Of a DNA stretch of 64,000 nucleotides, positions 48,118-56,624 are shown in pieces. Each line of letters starts with the position of its first letter. Within the stretch, counting starts at the first letter, position 1. The position numbers and the translations under genes are program-made. Source of the DNA: Alkalispirochaeta sp. (lineage in GTDB: Bacteria; Spirochaetota; Spirochaetia; DSM-27196; Alkalispirochaetaceae); the NCBI GenBank assembly GCA_965242725.1, contig CBDESZ010000004.1, forward strand, positions 256,001 to 320,000. The letters are read 5' to 3'. The notes under the pieces were generated by a model. The model saw only the letters and a list, made by a program, of their open reading frames with translations, was not told where the DNA came from and did no database searches.

Positions 48118-49203
48118 ATGCAGAGATTACCCTTGTTGAATCGAAGAAAGACGACAAGCCGGGCACGGAAAGTAGGGCTTCCGCCGGGTTCCCTCGTCCA
48201 TACGGGGGAACAGAAGGTAGAGACGGTCAGACTCGCCGTGTTCCGATACGATCGGGACGCCAGTTCGGAAGAGCAGATCGATCCTCACAGCGCGTCGCTA
48301 CCGGTACCGGAGGAGGGGAGCGTTACGTGGCTGAATCTGGATGGTCTGCACGACATTGCGGTGATGGAACGTATCGGACACGCCTACCGTCTCCATCCGC
48401 TGTTGATGGAGGACGTCCTCAGTACGGGCAGCCGGCCGAAGTTTGAGGAGTATGACGGGCAGCTGTTTATCGTGGTCAAGATGATCAGTTTCAACGATGA
48501 GAGCCGTCGCACCGAGACGGAGCAGCTCTCTCTTCTTCTGGGAGAACATCTTGTCCTCTCCTTTCAGGAACGGGTGGGAGATGTGCTGGACTACGTCCGT
48601 GAACGCATCCGAAATGGACGGGGGCGGGTACGGAAGGAAACTGCCGACTACCTTGCCTATGCGCTGATTGACGCGGTGGTGGATAACTACTTTGTCGTTC
48701 TGGAGAAGATGGGAGACACCATCGACGAGCTGGAGGAGGAACTGATCGGTGATCCCGCTGAAAAGACGCTCCATCGAATCCATGAGCTGAAACGGGAACT
48801 GATCGATCTTCGCCGATCCGTCTGGCCCCTCCGGGAGGCGGTGAACGGCCTCGTGAAAAGTGAATCGCCTCTGATCTCTGATACGACCCGCATTTATCTC
48901 CGGGACGTCTACGACCACACGATTCAGGTTATCGATACCATCGAAAGCTATCGTGATATCGTCTCGGGCATGATCGATATTTATCTCTCAAGCGTATCCA
49001 ACCGGATGAATTCGGTGATGAAAGTCCTTACCATCATCGCCACACTCTTTATTCCCCTCACCTTTCTTGCCGGGATTTACGGCATGAACTTTCAATATAT
49101 GCCGGAACTTGCCATTCCATGGGCATATCCGGCGTTCTGGGTCATAAGTATCGTCGTATTTGTCAATATGGTGATCTTTTTTCGACGGAAGAAGTGGATA
49201 TAA
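48118..49203 (+). CDS. corA: Magnesium/cobalt transporter CorA
   Basis: GLPPGSL, LHPL..EDV, RPKFEEY, MKVLTII..LFIPLTF.AGIYGMNF.YMPEL. Confidence 0.96.
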   Translation: MQRLPLLNRRKTTSRARKVGLPPGSLVHTGEQKVETVRLAVFRYDRDASSEEQIDPHSASLPVPEEGSVTWLNLDGLHDIAVMERIGHAYRLHPLLMEDVLSTGSRPKFEEYDGQLFIVVKMISFNDESRRTETEQLSLLLGEHLVLSFQERVGDVLDYVRERIRNGRGRVRKETADYLAYALIDAVVDNYFVVLEKMGDTIDELEEELIGDPAEKTLHRIHELKRELIDLRRSVWPLREAVNGLVKSESPLISDTTRIYLRDVYDHTIQVIDTIESYRDIVSGMIDIYLSSVSNRMNSVMKVLTIIATLFIPLTFLAGIYGMNFQYMPELAIPWAYPAFWVISIVVFVNMVIFFRRKKWI

Positions 49204-49217
49204 GCGCCCCCCGGGCG

Positions 49218-49286
49218 TACCGATCCGGGTGGCTCGGTGGGCAGGTGTAAAAAGCCCCGCAGAACGCACGTTCGATATAGAAAAGA
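49218..49286 (+). repeat. Copy D of the fixed-spacing repeat, between corA and the rpsD promoter
   Basis: TACCGATCCGGGT-N9-GGCA-N7-AAA-N5-GCAGAACGCACGTTCGATATAGAAAAGA; the 3' tail matches copy A. Confidence 0.8.
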
Positions 49287-49304
49287 TTGGAAAAAGAGGT
49301 CGCA

Positions 49305-49334
49305 TTGACACGGAGGGGGAGTTTTTCATACAAT
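49305..49334 (+). promoter_or_regulatory. Sigma70-type promoter of rpsD
   Basis: TTGACA-N18-TACAAT, about 50 nt upstream of the ATG. Confidence 0.65.
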
Positions 49335-49384
49335 CGCGCCTCTTAGCGTCCGTTGGTACGCTTTAGTTTCAAGGAGTTATGTGA

Positions 49385-49999
49385 ATGGCACGACCTACAA
49401 AAGCCCGAGGTAAGATGGCTCGCCATCTCGGCATCAATGTGTTTGGCAATCCCAAGTACGACCGTCTGCTCAAGAAAAAACCGTACGGACCGGGTGAACC
49501 GAAGAAAGGTCGCATTCGCGAGACTGAGTACGCACGTCAGCTTAAAGAGAAGCAGAAAGTCAAGTTTGCATACGGACTGTCGGAACGGCAGTTCCGGAAC
49601 CTCTTCTACAAGGCCAAGGCCATGAAGGGCGTTACCGGTGACAATATGCTGATCCTGCTTGAGCGGCGTCTGGACAACGTGGTGTATCGCATGGGAATGG
49701 CTGCAAGTCGACGTCAGTCACGTCAGCTTGTCGGTCACGGTCACATCTATCTCAACGGACGCAAAGTGACTATTCCCAGTGCTCTGGTACGCCCCGGCGA
49801 TGTGATTTCGGCAAAGGACAAGAAGTCCTCCGAGATGCTCATGCGCCGGCTCGTGTCCGAGAACTCTTCCCGGCCCGCTGCGCCGTGGATCGAGGTTTCT
49901 CAGGACGATCTCACCGGAAAGGTGACTGCCCTCCCGACGCGGGATATGATCCCGACCATCGCGGAAGAGCAGCTCATCGTCGAGTTCTACTCCAAGTAG
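49385..49999 (+). CDS. rpsD: 30S ribosomal protein S4
   Basis: EYARQLKEKQKVKFAYGLSERQF, LERRLDNVVYRMG, RQLVGHGHI, EQLIVEFYSK; AAGGAG RBS. Confidence 0.98.
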   Translation: MARPTKARGKMARHLGINVFGNPKYDRLLKKKPYGPGEPKKGRIRETEYARQLKEKQKVKFAYGLSERQFRNLFYKAKAMKGVTGDNMLILLERRLDNVVYRMGMAASRRQSRQLVGHGHIYLNGRKVTIPSALVRPGDVISAKDKKSSEMLMRRLVSENSSRPAAPWIEVSQDDLTGKVTALPTRDMIPTIAEEQLIVEFYSK

Positions 50000-50130
50000 G
50001 ACGATCCGTGCCTGGGGCGCCCCTGCGGGCGATCTCCGGTACAACGTACGCTCACGGGAGCGTGCACACGCAGACCATCAGCTTCTCGGAAGTTCGATGC
50101 CGTCCCGAAAGGACGGGGTTGCAGAGGGAG

Positions 50131-50163
50131 CGGAGTCGTATACGTACGGCTCCGTTTTTTTTT
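50131..50163 (+). terminator. Intrinsic terminator downstream of rpsD and its structured 3' region
   Basis: CGGAGTCGTA-tacg-TACGGCTCCG followed by T9. Confidence 0.8.
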
Positions 50164-50227
50164 GACCGGCCGGCGGCGGCGAGCCTGTGGACTTGAAGCT
50201 TTTTCTTCCATCGCCGATATTCGATAT

Positions 50228-51505
50228 ATGCGTCCATTTCCCGTTATAAGTTCAGATACCGAGCTCAATGACCGTATTACCCGTATTTGCGCCAAGTTCG
50301 GTTCCGTATTTCGGCCGGTCTTTTTATCGACTATCGATGAGGCACTGGAGTATGTCCGCTACGAGCTGCCGGAGTTTCAGCTCATTCACCTCTCCGATGA
50401 GGCCGTCGACGGTTCCGACTTGATCGACGCGATCACCGAAGATCCCTGGCTCCACTACGGCGGTATTATCGGCGTCTATTCCCGGAAGGATACCAAAAAG
50501 GTTGATTCACTCCCGCGGCAGACCAATGTGGTAACGATGATAAAGAGGTCCGAATTTGTTGAGACGTTCTTCAGAGTCCTCGTCATCCTCCATCAGAATC
50601 GTCAGATTCTCTTTCAGCGGGACATCCAGCTCAACTTTCTCGGGATCATTAACGGCAGTTTTGAAATGGACAACGATCCCTTCAACGCCCGAACGTATGC
50701 GTCTCTGATGGCGAACTTCCTCTTCAACTCCAATTATGTCGACATCGAGGCGCGGGACCGTCTCCATGTGGCGCTCTTTGAGTTGATCATCAACGCCATC
50801 GAACATGGCAACTGCGGAATCACCTACGAAGAGAAGAGCGAGTATATCCGCCGTCACGGCGATATCGTTCCCCTGATCAGGGAGAAGTGCCGCGATCCCG
50901 AGATCCGGGATCGACGAGTAACGGTAACCTATCGCATCGCCCCGGAGGGATCACATTTTGAGATTCAGGATGAGGGCGAAGGGTTTGACTGGAAGCCGCG
51001 GCTCGATGAGAACGGTGTCAATATGGGGGCTCATGGACACGGCATTCGCATGACCCGTCATTACGTCGAGAATCTGCAGTATTCCGAAGTCGGGAACACC
51101 GTTTCCTTTGAGGTCACCCATCAGAAAGAGGCAAACGCCAGTCCGGGTATTTTTTCAGACCAGGATGCACTGGAATTCGGCGACGGCGAGGTGATTTTTC
51201 ATGAAGGGGAAGAATCAAACGACCTCTACTACATCGTTTCCGGAAAACTCGACATCATTGCGGCGGGGCGGCACGTCGCCACCCTCACGCCGGACGATAT
51301 CTTTCTTGGAGAGATGTCCTTTCTCCTCGGCAATCGACGGTCCGCCACCGTCGTCTCCCGGGGGAAGAGCCGGCTCATATGTGTGACCAAGAATGCCTTT
51401 GTGACGGGGATTCAGCGCCAGCCCCATTACGGGATATTTCTCGCGCGCCTTATCGCGCAGCGCCTGAACCGACTGAACCGTCAGGTGGTGGCGGAACACG
51501 GTTGA
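50228..51505 (+). CDS. Signalling protein: RsbW-like HATPase domain plus C-terminal cyclic-nucleotide-binding domain
   Basis: LHVALFELIINAIEHGN, IQDEGEGFDW, HGHGI; then GEVIFHEGE..DLYYIVSG...FLGEMSFL..RRSATV. Confidence 0.8.
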   Translation: MRPFPVISSDTELNDRITRICAKFGSVFRPVFLSTIDEALEYVRYELPEFQLIHLSDEAVDGSDLIDAITEDPWLHYGGIIGVYSRKDTKKVDSLPRQTNVVTMIKRSEFVETFFRVLVILHQNRQILFQRDIQLNFLGIINGSFEMDNDPFNARTYASLMANFLFNSNYVDIEARDRLHVALFELIINAIEHGNCGITYEEKSEYIRRHGDIVPLIREKCRDPEIRDRRVTVTYRIAPEGSHFEIQDEGEGFDWKPRLDENGVNMGAHGHGIRMTRHYVENLQYSEVGNTVSFEVTHQKEANASPGIFSDQDALEFGDGEVIFHEGEESNDLYYIVSGKLDIIAAGRHVATLTPDDIFLGEMSFLLGNRRSATVVSRGKSRLICVTKNAFVTGIQRQPHYGIFLARLIAQRLNRLNRQVVAEHG

Positions 51506-51527
51506 TTGCGTCACGCCGAAGCGGCGG

Positions 51528-51770
51528 TTACGCCTGTGCGGCGCTCTTTTCTTCCGCCCCGTTGTAATCCGCGCGATATCCGATGGCGCGAACAAACTCC
51601 GTTATTTTATCTACCGTCGCGGGATTTCCGTCGAAGTCCATATAGATCGTACCGGTCTGCCGATCCACCCAGATGTCTTCAACGCCTTTAATGCGCCGTC
51701 CCATATGTTCAATGCCGATTGAGCAGGATGTGCATGTCGCTCCGACCAGATCAAATGTTGCTCGTTTCAT
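51528..51770 (-). CDS. Heavy-metal-associated (CopZ-like) protein
   Basis: GATCTSC (GxxCxxC) and terminal IGY. Confidence 0.8.
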   Translation of the reverse strand: MKRATFDLVGATCTSCSIGIEHMGRRIKGVEDIWVDRQTGTIYMDFDGNPATVDKITEFVRAIGYRADYNGAEEKSAAQA

Positions 51771-51786
51771 AGTTATAAATTACTAA

Positions 51787-53100
51787 TCATAAGGCTTTCG
51801 GTAAAGTATTTCCCTGGAGGGCCAGTACCGTCTCTTCCATACGATACGCCGAATCAGCCGGCCTGAGCATGCGGAAGACATGCAGTTTCCGCCCCCGGTA
51901 GAACTCCAGCTGATGGGCGTACTGGACGTGTATGCCGGTAATTTCGGCAATGGGAATGGCAAAGCGCTCCGTGTTTCGCCGGTCACGCGCCCCTTGTCCG
52001 TCGGCGGGACCGGAGAGGGGGGTTATCGTAAGGTGGTGAGCGGTAAGCTTCATGTGTACACGTCCGTGAGGCGTCAGAACACGGCTTCGATGACCGGTGT
52101 AGTACCGGGCTTCTTCCACGATCACCGGTATCGGCAGGGAATGGGAGCTCCCGGTGCCGGATGTGAGGAGGCCGACCCGTTCCTTCAGTACCGCTCGCTG
52201 GAGGAAATTCCAGCTGTCGACGGTATCGGGGGTGCGATAGCGACGGAGCGGCCCGCCGCTTTTACCGTTTCCGGCCCCTCCGGCGTGATCTCCGGTGTGA
52301 AGGGCGTAGAGCCGTCCCGACGGCGCGATCCATGATTGCCGTCCGCAATGTATACAGGAGAGTGTGTCTTGGTGAGACCGGATGCCGTCCCAGGAGTCAC
52401 AGTCGGGACAATAAAAGAGCGCCTGCTCCACGTCTTCCGCCCGCCGGGGATGGATGAAGAGGTGTCCCGACTCCCGCTGCCACCGCGTCTCGTTGTGTTC
52501 CACCGACCGGGCGATGCGTTCCGTTATTTCGTGCCGGTTGAGACCGGCGATTTCCTCCCTGGTGAGTACTGTGGTCACGTGGAGCTCCAACACGCCCCGC
52601 CGGATATGGCGGCTCCATCGCGGCAATGAGAGATACCCCCCTTTCAGCCGGACGGAGACGACGGGAACGCGAAGAAGGCGGACGAGTTTCGGCGTTCCCG
52701 GGAGAATCGGTCGGGTTGTCCCGTCCCAGGAGCGCTGACCTTCCGGAAAGATCCCAACCACCCTGCGTCGCGCTACCGCGCGCTGAAGGGTTCGTATGCT
52801 TTCCAGATCGACTTTCGCCTTTGCCTTGGGAATCGTCCCTGCAAAGTTCATGAACCATCGCATCACCCGGCTGCGAAAATTGCCGTCCGCTGCGATGAAG
52901 TGGATCGGCGGACCAAAGGCGATGAGGACAAGGAAGGGATCCCAGAAGTTGACATGGTTGGCGAGAACGACATAGGGCGGCCGCAGGGTCGCACTGTAGT
53001 CATCACGGACAATGTTCACTCTGAATCGCCAGCGAAGCCACGCTTCGATTGGAGTGCGCAGCAGAACGTAGAAGACACGGGCAAGGACACTCGGATTCAT
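51787..53100 (-). CDS. Lysophospholipid acyltransferase (PlsC family) with C-terminal extension
   Basis: NHVNFWD (HX4D), IFPEGQRS, C-terminal CPDC...CIHC. Confidence 0.85.
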   Translation of the reverse strand: MNPSVLARVFYVLLRTPIEAWLRWRFRVNIVRDDYSATLRPPYVVLANHVNFWDPFLVLIAFGPPIHFIAADGNFRSRVMRWFMNFAGTIPKAKAKVDLESIRTLQRAVARRRVVGIFPEGQRSWDGTTRPILPGTPKLVRLLRVPVVSVRLKGGYLSLPRWSRHIRRGVLELHVTTVLTREEIAGLNRHEITERIARSVEHNETRWQRESGHLFIHPRRAEDVEQALFYCPDCDSWDGIRSHQDTLSCIHCGRQSWIAPSGRLYALHTGDHAGGAGNGKSGGPLRRYRTPDTVDSWNFLQRAVLKERVGLLTSGTGSSHSLPIPVIVEEARYYTGHRSRVLTPHGRVHMKLTAHHLTITPLSGPADGQGARDRRNTERFAIPIAEITGIHVQYAHQLEFYRGRKLHVFRMLRPADSAYRMEETVLALQGNTLPKAL

Positions 53101-53143
53101 CGCCACAGTGTAGCGGCGGCGCCGTCGTGTTACAATGTCGACG

Positions 53144-54166
53144 GTGAAAACGGCTGAAACGGATCATGCTGCAGCCCTGCTTGTCATCGGGGGCATTAAT
53201 ATCGACATCATCGCCGAACCGGGCGGGCCCGTTGTACCGGGGAGCTCCAATCCCGGTACGGTAACCGTTCACCCCGGAGGGGTCGCCCGGAATATCGCGG
53301 AGTTCCTGTCGCGCCTGAGCGTGCCGGTTTCTCTCTCCGGGTCCATCGGGGACGATCCCCTCTCCCGTTTTGTGCTGGACCGAACCGGTGAATCCGGCGT
53401 CGACATTTCCGGCGTCCAGGTCGGTCCGGGCGGGGTGGGGAAGTACGTGACGATTCAGGAGGAGGGAGACATCCTTGTCGCCGTCTCAGATGCGACGGGG
53501 GTGGAAACGCTCGATCCCGCCGCGCTGATGACCATTCTGTTGCCGCTGCAGGAACGGTTGCCTGCGAGGGGGCGCGATATTCTGGTGATCGACTGCAACC
53601 TCAGGGCGGATACGCTCCACGCCGCAATCGCCTGGGCCAATGAGGTCGGCATGTACGTCGTCGTTGAACCGGTGAGCGTCACAAAGGCGCTACGCCTCAC
53701 CGGCGCCGTCGGCGCGGTGGACCTCATTACGCCCAACCGCGCGGAGTGGGAGGCGCTGTGTGCCGCGGCCGACGTTCTGCCGCCGGTCCGCCACGCGGCG
53801 GTCACCTGCGGTGGTGAAGGGGCGATCCTCTACCATCGGCATTCCGAGGGCGGGGATTCCGGCGGAACGCCGGACGCTCAATCTGCCGGCGCCGGCGTGA
53901 AATCCTCCGCAGTCGTGAAGGCGCCTTCGGGGGGACGGCGGTATCCGGCACGTACCGTCAGGGCGATGAACGCCAACGGCGCGGGTGACGCCTTTGTGGC
54001 GGGAATGGTGTGGGCGTTGACACAGGAGGCGGACCTTCGTGATCCTGACTGGGATCGGGTGGTTTGCGCCGGATTGATTGCGGGACGGTGGACGGTCATG
54101 AGTCCGGAAACGGTTCCCGCCGACATTTCCGCTCAGCGGCTCACAGCTGAGCTCGACAGAGGATAG
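53144..54166 (+). CDS. psuK: PfkB-family kinase, probable pseudouridine kinase
   Basis: IGGINID, SSNPG, GGVARNIAE, EPVSV.K, TPNRAE, GAGDAF; adjacent to psuG. Alternative start at 53135. Confidence 0.8.
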   Translation: MKTAETDHAAALLVIGGINIDIIAEPGGPVVPGSSNPGTVTVHPGGVARNIAEFLSRLSVPVSLSGSIGDDPLSRFVLDRTGESGVDISGVQVGPGGVGKYVTIQEEGDILVAVSDATGVETLDPAALMTILLPLQERLPARGRDILVIDCNLRADTLHAAIAWANEVGMYVVVEPVSVTKALRLTGAVGAVDLITPNRAEWEALCAAADVLPPVRHAAVTCGGEGAILYHRHSEGGDSGGTPDAQSAGAGVKSSAVVKAPSGGRRYPARTVRAMNANGAGDAFVAGMVWALTQEADLRDPDWDRVVCAGLIAGRWTVMSPETVPADISAQRLTAELDRG

Positions 54167-54167
54167 G

Positions 54168-55100
54168 ATGAACATGACAAAGCACATACAGGTACATCCC
54201 GAAGTGGCCGCCGCTCTTCAGGACGGTCGGGCGGTTGTTGCCCTGGAATCGACAATTATTTCCCACGGCATGCCGTACCCGCAGAACGTGGAAACTGCCA
54301 TGGCCGTTGAGGAGATTGTCCGCGGCGGAGGCGCCGTACCCGCAACGGTGGCGATCATGGACGGCGCCTTTCAGATCGGTCTCGCGCCGTCCCGGATCGA
54401 CGAGCTCGCGCAGGCGAAGGACGTGGTGAAGGCGAGTCGTCGTGATGTCGGCCTCGTGCTCGCGACGGGACGTACCGCCGCGACGACGGTCGCTACGACG
54501 ATGATCGGCGCCGCCGCAGCGGGAATTCGCATGTTTGCGACGGGCGGCACCGGCGGGGTTCACCGGGGGTACCAGACGTCGCTGGACATTTCCGCGGATC
54601 TGCCGGAGCTTGGAAAGACGGCGGTCGCCGTGGTTTCCGCGGGGGTGAAGTCGATTCTCGATATCGGGCGTACCCTTGAATATCTCGAAACGTTGGGGGT
54701 ACCGGTGGTCTCCGTCGGTTCCGATGAGTTCCCCGCCTTTTACAGCCGGCACAGCGGATTTCCCGCACCTTTCCGTCTGGACAGCCCGGAAAGCCTGGCG
54801 TGCATGCTCCGTGCCCACTGGACGATGAGTGGTGCCGGAGGAGTGCTCATTGCCAATCCCATTCCGGAAAGCGCGGAAATGGATTACCGGGAAATCGAAG
54901 GCGTGATTGAGCGGGCCGTCCGTGAATCGGAGGAGCAGGGAATCACGGGCAAGGAGGTGACGCCTTTTCTGCTCGCCAGGATCGTCGAGCTGACCGGCGG
55001 TGAATCGTTGCGTGCGAATATCGCATTGGTGAAAAACAATGCGCGTCTCGCAACTGAGATTGCCGTCGCGATTGCTCGTCTCGGCGATGATGAGGAATGA
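54168..55100 (+). CDS. psuG: Pseudouridine-5'-phosphate glycosidase
   Basis: VVALESTIISHGMPYPQN, KASRRD, ATTVATT, FATGG.GGVHRG, DISADL.EL, KSILDI, VTPFLL. Confidence 0.96.
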   Translation: MNMTKHIQVHPEVAAALQDGRAVVALESTIISHGMPYPQNVETAMAVEEIVRGGGAVPATVAIMDGAFQIGLAPSRIDELAQAKDVVKASRRDVGLVLATGRTAATTVATTMIGAAAAGIRMFATGGTGGVHRGYQTSLDISADLPELGKTAVAVVSAGVKSILDIGRTLEYLETLGVPVVSVGSDEFPAFYSRHSGFPAPFRLDSPESLACMLRAHWTMSGAGGVLIANPIPESAEMDYREIEGVIERAVRESEEQGITGKEVTPFLLARIVELTGGESLRANIALVKNNARLATEIAVAIARLGDDEE

Positions 55101-55645
55101 CGGAGGAGTCTATGTTTGAACGAGATGGTGTACGCATCGAATGTGTGACCGGCGACATCGCCGGGCAGCGAGAGATCGATGCCGTCGTAAATGCCGCCAA
55201 CGCACATTTGCGGATCGGCGGCGGTGTCGCCGGAGCGATTCACCGCGCCGGCGGGCCCGAACTGGACCGGGAGTGCCGGCCGCTGGCGCCGATTCGTCCC
55301 GGCGAGGCTGTCGTTACCGGAGCGGGCCAACTGCCCAATCGCTACGTCATTCATTGCCTCGGTCCCGTGTACGGCGTCGACAAACCGGAAGCGGAGCTCC
55401 TTGCCGCGTGCTACCGCAATGCCCTGCAGCGGGGCGAAGAAAAAGAGATCAGGAGCATCGCATTTCCCGCGATTTCTACCGGAGCGTTCGGCTATCCCGC
55501 CGCTGATGCGGCGAAAGTCGCCTTTTCCACAATCAAAGCTGAGATGTCCCGCCTGAAGAGCATACAGGATATCCGGTTTGTCCTCTTTTCCGACCGGGAT
55601 CGGGACCTTCATCTGAAAGTCCTGCGCCAGGTGATGGCCGGTTGA
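55097..55645 (+). CDS. Macro domain protein (YmdB-like O-acetyl-ADP-ribose deacetylase)
   Basis: GDI, VVNAAN..L..GGGVAGAIHRAGG, VIH..GP, IAFPAISTG.FGYP. Confidence 0.93.
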   Translation: MTEESMFERDGVRIECVTGDIAGQREIDAVVNAANAHLRIGGGVAGAIHRAGGPELDRECRPLAPIRPGEAVVTGAGQLPNRYVIHCLGPVYGVDKPEAELLAACYRNALQRGEEKEIRSIAFPAISTGAFGYPAADAAKVAFSTIKAEMSRLKSIQDIRFVLFSDRDRDLHLKVLRQVMAG

Positions 55646-55667
55646 CGGCCGGTCAGGACGGTACCCG

Positions 55668-56564
55668 CTACCGTTTGTCGATCCATTGAACCGCGCGGGC
55701 ATTGTTCCGCACCTGCTCCGCATTCTTGCAGCCCGGTATGACGGCGGTTACCGCGGGATGGCGCAACGGCCACGCCAGAGCCCACGCCGCCATCGGCGCA
55801 TCTTCAGGGAGTTCCTCCCGACGTACCGTTTCAACCTCCGTGAGGATTTCCGCACGTTTTTCCCCATCCATCGTTGAACGCCAGTCGTTGGGAGGAAAGA
55901 CTGAGTCTGCATCATATTTCCCCGAGAGGAATCCGCTTGCCAGGGGAACCCGGGCCAGTACCCCGAGTCCGGCGGACTGTGCCGCAGGCAGGACTTCGTG
56001 CTCCGGGGCGCGGTCGACGCGGTTGTACACAACCTGCAGAACTTCGCACCCCGCATCGGGGGATCGGGCAACCTGAAACAGGTTGTCGTTCCTGCTGACC
56101 GAGAGCCCGATATGCCGAACCATTCCCGCTTGACGCATCTCCTTCAGCGCGTCCCAGAGCTCCTCGTTCAGAAATTCCTCGTCAGTGGGAGAGTGGAACT
56201 GAAGAATGTCGAGATAATCGGTGTGGAGTGCCTTGAGCGATGCAGTCACCTGATTCCGTACCTCTCCCGCGTTCCAGTGGCGCGTGCGGTTCAGCGGGCC
56301 GTGAAAGTGGTGGCCGAACTTGGAGGCGACGATCCATGTATCCCGCTCCCGGTGAATACGCTCGCCAATGAGGCGCTCCGAGAGGTGGTCGCCGTAGCAC
56401 TCCGCCGTATCGATGAGGTTGATGCCTTCATCCCGGGCAGTACCGAGAATGGTGTCCACCTCTTCCGGGGTAAAGTCCATACCCCACTCGCCGCCAAATT
56501 GCCACGTACCAACGCCGATTACGCTGACCTGCAGTCCTGTCGTTCCAAGGGTTCGATATTTCAT
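55668..56564 (-). CDS. Aldo/keto reductase
   Basis: MKYRTLG.TGLQVS.IG.GTW, IDTAECYG..LSE, SKFG, SL..L.TDYLD, PLASGFLSGKY, VIPG.KN. Confidence 0.93.
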   Translation of the reverse strand: MKYRTLGTTGLQVSVIGVGTWQFGGEWGMDFTPEEVDTILGTARDEGINLIDTAECYGDHLSERLIGERIHRERDTWIVASKFGHHFHGPLNRTRHWNAGEVRNQVTASLKALHTDYLDILQFHSPTDEEFLNEELWDALKEMRQAGMVRHIGLSVSRNDNLFQVARSPDAGCEVLQVVYNRVDRAPEHEVLPAAQSAGLGVLARVPLASGFLSGKYDADSVFPPNDWRSTMDGEKRAEILTEVETVRREELPEDAPMAAWALAWPLRHPAVTAVIPGCKNAEQVRNNARAVQWIDKR

Positions 56565-56624
56565 GGTCGGAATTATACACCGGATACTCTGGCAGTCTCG
56601 ACAACGGTGAAGTACTATGGCCGG

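Noticed and set aside
50131..50154. Group II intron domain V-like GAGCCGTA on the minus strand
   Set aside because: Too short for domain V, no domain VI or intron ORF; explained as the terminator stem.
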